A stretch of DNA of 9,961 bases from Promethearchaeia archaeon (GTDB taxonomy: Archaea > Asgardarchaeota > Lokiarchaeia > Sigyniarchaeales > SOKP01), in NCBI GenBank assembly GCA_046497275.1, contig JAWOFX010000087.1:1-9961 (forward strand), in the 5' to 3' direction. Every line of letters starts with the position of its first letter. Within the stretch, counting starts at the first letter, position 1. Position numbers and translations under genes: made by a program. The notes under the pieces were generated by a model. The model had not been told where the DNA came from and searched no databases. It saw only the letters and a program-made list of their open reading frames with translations. Below are positions 7,014-9,961 of this stretch, piece by piece.

Positions 7014-8320
7014 CTTAACTTTCGAAAGATGTTATTATTTATCCTAACTTTCTTATTTTGTATTAAAATTGGTTTATAATTTAATAAACCCTTAATTTTC
7101 GGAATTTCATAAAGAACATTCTCTAATAATTTCATATCAATATCAATTCCAATCACTTTCGTCCTACCATAATAACCCAATGATTTTTTCGTAGCTGTTA
7201 TGATGCCTGCTAATGAGAGTTCGTTAATATAATCACTAATTCTTCTCCTAGTTAAAGTTCTTACTCCAGGTATTTTATTTGTAAGTTCATCATGAACTTC
7301 ATAAATATCACCTGAAACAATGATCCTTTCTCTGCTGAATTTCGATATTAGATAAATTGCTGTTAAGACTAACTGTGCTTGTAAGGGCATTCCTCTGATA
7401 TAATCAATAATTTGATCACTTTCTAATTCTAATTGTGCTTTATTAACATGCTCTGGAGTCACTCTCTTATTTTGTGTTCTTTCTGCAATTTCACCTGCTT
7501 TTCTGAGCAATTGCAAAGCTTTTCTGGCATCTCCATGCTCCTTAGCTGCTAGAGCAGCGCATAAAGGAATCACTCCCTCTTTAAGCACATTTTCATGAAA
7601 AGCTATTTTGGCTCTGTCATTAAGTATATCTCCCAACTCTCTTGCATTGTATGTGCTAAAAGTGATATGCTCTTTACCCAAACTTGAAATTACTCTTGGA
7701 TCTAATGATTCCTTAAATTTTAATTTGTTAGAAATACCGATTAAACAAGTTCTGCAATTATCCAAATTTTCATTTAATCTAGTAAGATCATATAATATTT
7801 CGTTCCCCCCTCGCTTATCAGCAATCATATCGATTTCATCTAATACTAAAAAACAAATTGATTCTTTAATTTTATGATCAAGTAACCCCAGCAGCTTTTT
7901 AAATATTACATCTTTAGGTAATCCTGTAGGTGGTATCTTCTCACTTCCCACAATCGTATTATAAATATGAGCAAGTATACGGTAAGGGGTGGATACAATA
8001 CTACAATTAATATAAATCCACCAAGGTTTATTCTTTTTAGTAAACTGAGCTAATTTTTGACTGATATAACGAATCGTGGCGGTTTTTCCCGTACCTGTCA
8101 TTCCATAACATAGGAAGTTTGGAGGGGTATCTCCTCTTAATGCACAAGCCGTTTTGCTTGCAATTTGCTCAATCTCTGTATCTCTGTGAGGCAAATCATT
8201 AGGAATATATGAAGGCTCTAAAGCGTCACGTTTTGTAAAAATCTTGGGACCATTTAGATATTTTTTGTAAAATTGATCAATATTAAAATTTTGATACTCT
8301 TTTCTTTCATTTTTCAACAA
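7010..8320 (-). CDS. cdc6: ORC1/Cdc6-type replication initiation protein (AAA+ ATPase plus winged helix)
   Basis: 436 aa. LEPSYIP..LPHRDTEI N-terminus, Walker A GMTGTGKT, YINC, IPPTGLP initiator-specific motif, Walker B VLDEID, sensor I GISN, arginine finger DPRV.SSL, sensor II GDARKAL, winged helix TRRRISDYINELSLAGII. The TTG start is supported by AAGGTG 7 nt upstream. Confidence 0.97.
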   Translation of the reverse strand: MLKNERKEYQNFNIDQFYKKYLNGPKIFTKRDALEPSYIPNDLPHRDTEIEQIASKTACALRGDTPPNFLCYGMTGTGKTATIRYISQKLAQFTKKNKPWWIYINCSIVSTPYRILAHIYNTIVGSEKIPPTGLPKDVIFKKLLGLLDHKIKESICFLVLDEIDMIADKRGGNEILYDLTRLNENLDNCRTCLIGISNKLKFKESLDPRVISSLGKEHITFSTYNARELGDILNDRAKIAFHENVLKEGVIPLCAALAAKEHGDARKALQLLRKAGEIAERTQNKRVTPEHVNKAQLELESDQIIDYIRGMPLQAQLVLTAIYLISKFSRERIIVSGDIYEVHDELTNKIPGVRTLTRRRISDYINELSLAGIITATKKSLGYYGRTKVIGIDIDMKLLENVLYEIPKIKGLLNYKPILIQNKKVRINNNIFRKLS

Positions 8321-8327
8321 TTATTGA

Positions 8328-8382
8328 CACCTTTTCTTTCCAATCGAAATTATTCTCTTTCCATTCGAGCAATAGTATATAA
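8328..8382 (-). promoter_or_regulatory. cdc6 promoter: putative TATA box TTATATAC (8382-8375) and Shine-Dalgarno AAGGTG (8333-8328)
   Basis: The SD matches the archaeal anti-SD at 7 nt from TTG. The TATA position predicts a start site near 8350. Confidence 0.5.
8335..8370 (+). repeat. Two mini-ORB-like direct repeats: TCTTTCCAATCGA(AAT) and TCTTTCCATTCGA(GC), 21-nt period
   Basis: 8335-8347 and 8356-8368 match at 12/13. Box 1, TTCCAATCGAAAT (8338-8350), fits the archaeal mini-ORB core TTCCA-nnn-GAAA. Both lie directly upstream of cdc6 and lack a G-string. Confidence 0.6.
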
Positions 8383-8575
8383 TATGATTCATAAAAAACT
8401 ATTTAAAGTTTCTTATTAACGCCAAATTCGTTCAAAAAATGTTAATGTTTTAATAAAACAATAATTATAATCGGTTTTATTTGTAAGTATAAATATTTAT
8501 GTCGCGCTATTAAAAAATATTTGTTAGTATCGCAATATTTCTTAATATAGCATTAATAAGTAAAAATTTTGTTTT

Positions 8576-9346
8576 TTACCAAGGCACATCTTTTACCCCG
8601 ATAACATAAGCTATTGTATTGGCTATAATACTCACTGATGGGGTTAAAATCATCAAAAAGATAAATATATTTAAATCAGGTATTAAAAATAAATTAGGAG
8701 ATATTAAGGCAGGGATTGAAACAAAAAGCATGCTAAAAATAGCAAAATCAAGTTGGTCTATCACCCAAAAGGGTCTACCACTCTCAATACCGAAACGTCT
8801 CTTTAAAAATGAACCAATAAGATCTCCTACTGCCGCACCATAGGAGCATAAGATAATTCTGATTATTAACACTAAGACACCTATAGGAAGACTTCCACCT
8901 GTAAAATAATATTGATAATAAGAAACTTCAGAATACAATTGATATTGCCCAATTGAAGCAGCTGCCTCTACAATAGGGTTAATAAATGGCCATAAAATGA
9001 TAAATAAAAGATAAATTCCTAAAGAGATGGGGATTCCCACATATAGCGGCCCTTTTATCAAACCATTTACTGTCTTATGATCACCTAAAATACGTCTACC
9101 ATCTTTACAAATCTTTCCACCATCAATCGGTTTTCCACCACCTACTAAAACCATACCCGCGTTTGATATATACCCAGGAGCAATTAAAAGAAGTGAAAAA
9201 ATTAATGTTGCTACCCAATCTGCCCATGAAAAAATAAAACTCACAATCATAAAATCCGCTAAAAATAATAAAGCAAAACAAACTGCTAAAATTTTAGCTA
9301 TTTTCTTCTCACGCTTGTCTGATTCAATAAGGCTTTCATCCGGCAC
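8576..9346 (-). CDS. carS: CDP-2,3-bis-(O-geranylgeranyl)-sn-glycerol (CDP-archaeol) synthase
   Basis: 256-aa membrane protein with CarS motifs PGYISN, GGGKPIDGG, DGRRILGDHKT..G, GDLIGSFLKRR, DQLDF and the terminal K.VPW. GTG start with AGGA 7 nt upstream. Confidence 0.93.
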   Translation of the reverse strand: MPDESLIESDKREKKIAKILAVCFALLFLADFMIVSFIFSWADWVATLIFSLLLIAPGYISNAGMVLVGGGKPIDGGKICKDGRRILGDHKTVNGLIKGPLYVGIPISLGIYLLFIILWPFINPIVEAAASIGQYQLYSEVSYYQYYFTGGSLPIGVLVLIIRIILCSYGAAVGDLIGSFLKRRFGIESGRPFWVIDQLDFAIFSMLFVSIPALISPNLFLIPDLNIFIFLMILTPSVSIIANTIAYVIGVKDVPW

Positions 9347-9446
9347 TTTAATTTCCTAAAAAATTGTGAGCATTTTATTATTTAAGAATATTAAATGTGC
9401 TTTAAAATAAAAGGATTTTTGTAAGATAAGTTTATAAAGAAAAATT

Positions 9447-9961
9447 TCATAAATACTCTAATTCACATTCAATCCTAATTGGAAATTCCTCATTCTGAAC
9501 ATAGATATAATCCCTAAAAAGCTGATTCACAGTATTTATATAACTTCCTTTTCTTCCTATAGCTATACCTCTATCTTCATAACTTAAAAAAGAAATGGAT
9601 ATTAAAATTCCTTCTAAAGATTTTCTTTCATTTTTTTTAGACTCCATCCATTTAATGTGAACATCGTGAATATAAGTATCCGGAAAGAAGCTAAATAGTA
9701 GTTTTATTAATTTCTCCTCATTTCTGATGAATAATACTTTATTTTTATTGAAATCTTTTCTTATCCCATGAATATATTCAGACAATAAGAAGTAATATTT
9801 TGGATTGATAAAGTAGAATATGAAATCATTCATAACAATAATATTATCAGGAAAAAACCCCCCTGTTTTATAAGAAAAATAATTATATAATTTCAATTCT
9901 CTATTAGAAAATTTCTTCTTAACTTTGACATTTTTAGAAAAAATCAGATCTTCAGCATATT
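9447..9961 (-). CDS. Archaeal NusA-like KH-domain protein, divergent paralogue, 5' end beyond the window
   Basis: C-terminal KH motif DRGIAIGRKGSYI matches archaeal NusA KH2. Upstream of the track's TTG at 9896 the frame stays open to the window edge (..YAEDLIFSKNVKVKKKFSNRELKLY..), so the true start is probably upstream. The first KH region lacks GxxG. Confidence 0.65.
   Translation of the reverse strand, partial: YAEDLIFSKNVKVKKKFSNRELKLYNYFSYKTGGFFPDNIIVMNDFIFYFINPKYYFLLSEYIHGIRKDFNKNKVLFIRNEEKLIKLLFSFFPDTYIHDVHIKWMESKKNERKSLEGILISISFLSYEDRGIAIGRKGSYINTVNQLFRDYIYVQNEEFPIRIECELEYL

Noticed and set aside
7608-8843. Plus-strand ORFs 7608-7877 and 8619-8843
   Set aside because: They are antisense to cdc6 and carS and have no recognisable domains.

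Overview
AT-rich archaeal core-chromosome window holding a DNA replication gene cluster. In order: the start of a minus-strand gene running off the left edge (possibly a MutY/MIG-type glycosylase); tRNA-Leu(GAG) with a 21-nt intron in the D-loop (position 21/22) in a bulge-helix-bulge motif; intein-free PolD large subunit DP2 and PolD small subunit DP1, arranged head-to-head; an uncharacterised SWIM zinc-finger protein with a DUF2240-like N-terminus; Cdc6/Orc1, with two mini-ORB-like direct repeats over its promoter and an AT-rich tract beyond (candidate oriC or autoregulatory operator); an enlarged CDP-archaeol synthase CarS; and a degenerate archaeal NusA-like KH protein running off the right edge. 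The low GC, divergent proteins and gene set suggest an Asgard (Lokiarchaeia-like) genome, but this is inference only. I saw no mobile element, CRISPR array or clearly new multi-gene system. The best leads are the non-canonical tRNA intron, the ORB-like sites and the SWIM protein.
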